Below, piece by piece: positions 18,425 to 18,605 of a stretch of DNA of 18,605 bases (position 1 is its first letter; every line of letters starts with the position of its first letter). This stretch comes from Octopus sinensis (taxonomy: Eukaryota): contig NW_021824404.1 in the NCBI RefSeq assembly GCF_006345805.1, forward strand, positions 1 through 18,605, read 5' to 3'. The notes under the pieces are model-generated. The model was given only the letters and a program-made list of their open reading frames with translations. It was not told the DNA's origin and did not search any database. The position numbers were made by a program, and so were the translations under genes.

Positions 18425-18605
18425 TACTCTTTACTCTTTACTCTTTTACTTGTTTCAGTCATTTGACTGTGGCCATGCTGGAGCACCGCCTTTCGTCGAG
18501 CAATTCGACCTGGGACTTATTCTTTGTAAGCCCATTACTTATTCTATCAGTCTCTTTCGCCAAAACGCTAAGTGACGGGGACATAAACACACCACATCGG
18601 TTGTC
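18425..18605 (-). mobile_element. SINE C 3' module running off the window
   Basis: (ACTCTTT)n tail then ACTTGTTTCAGTCATTTGACTGTGGCCATGCTGGAGCACCGCC. Confidence 0.88.

Overview
Eukaryotic, AT-rich, repeat-saturated DNA with no complete gene, probably intronic. The SINE and RTE families look to me like those of octopus (coleoid cephalopod); this is recognition from memory, not a database result. Contents: at least four tRNA-derived SINE families in many copies, a 5'-truncated RTE-clade LINE with an intact C-terminal ORF remnant, three more RTE 3'-tail fragments, a CR1/L2 3' fragment, four MITE families (long-TIR foldback, piggyBac-type TTAA, a 29-bp-TIR family with telomeric hexamers that forms tandem arrays, and a hAT-like shell), a 49-bp minisatellite and many microsatellites. 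One 116-nt candidate coding exon lies on the minus strand. Almost all ORFs in the track are microsatellite artefacts. The most interesting region is about 6870-7880. It holds a 131-bp spacer-less palindrome encoding a type I hammerhead-ribozyme fold on each strand, a Penelope-type minimal hammerhead 239 nt downstream, and two 128-bp direct repeats each carrying a non-canonical type III hammerhead-like fold. All folds were worked out by hand and are untested.
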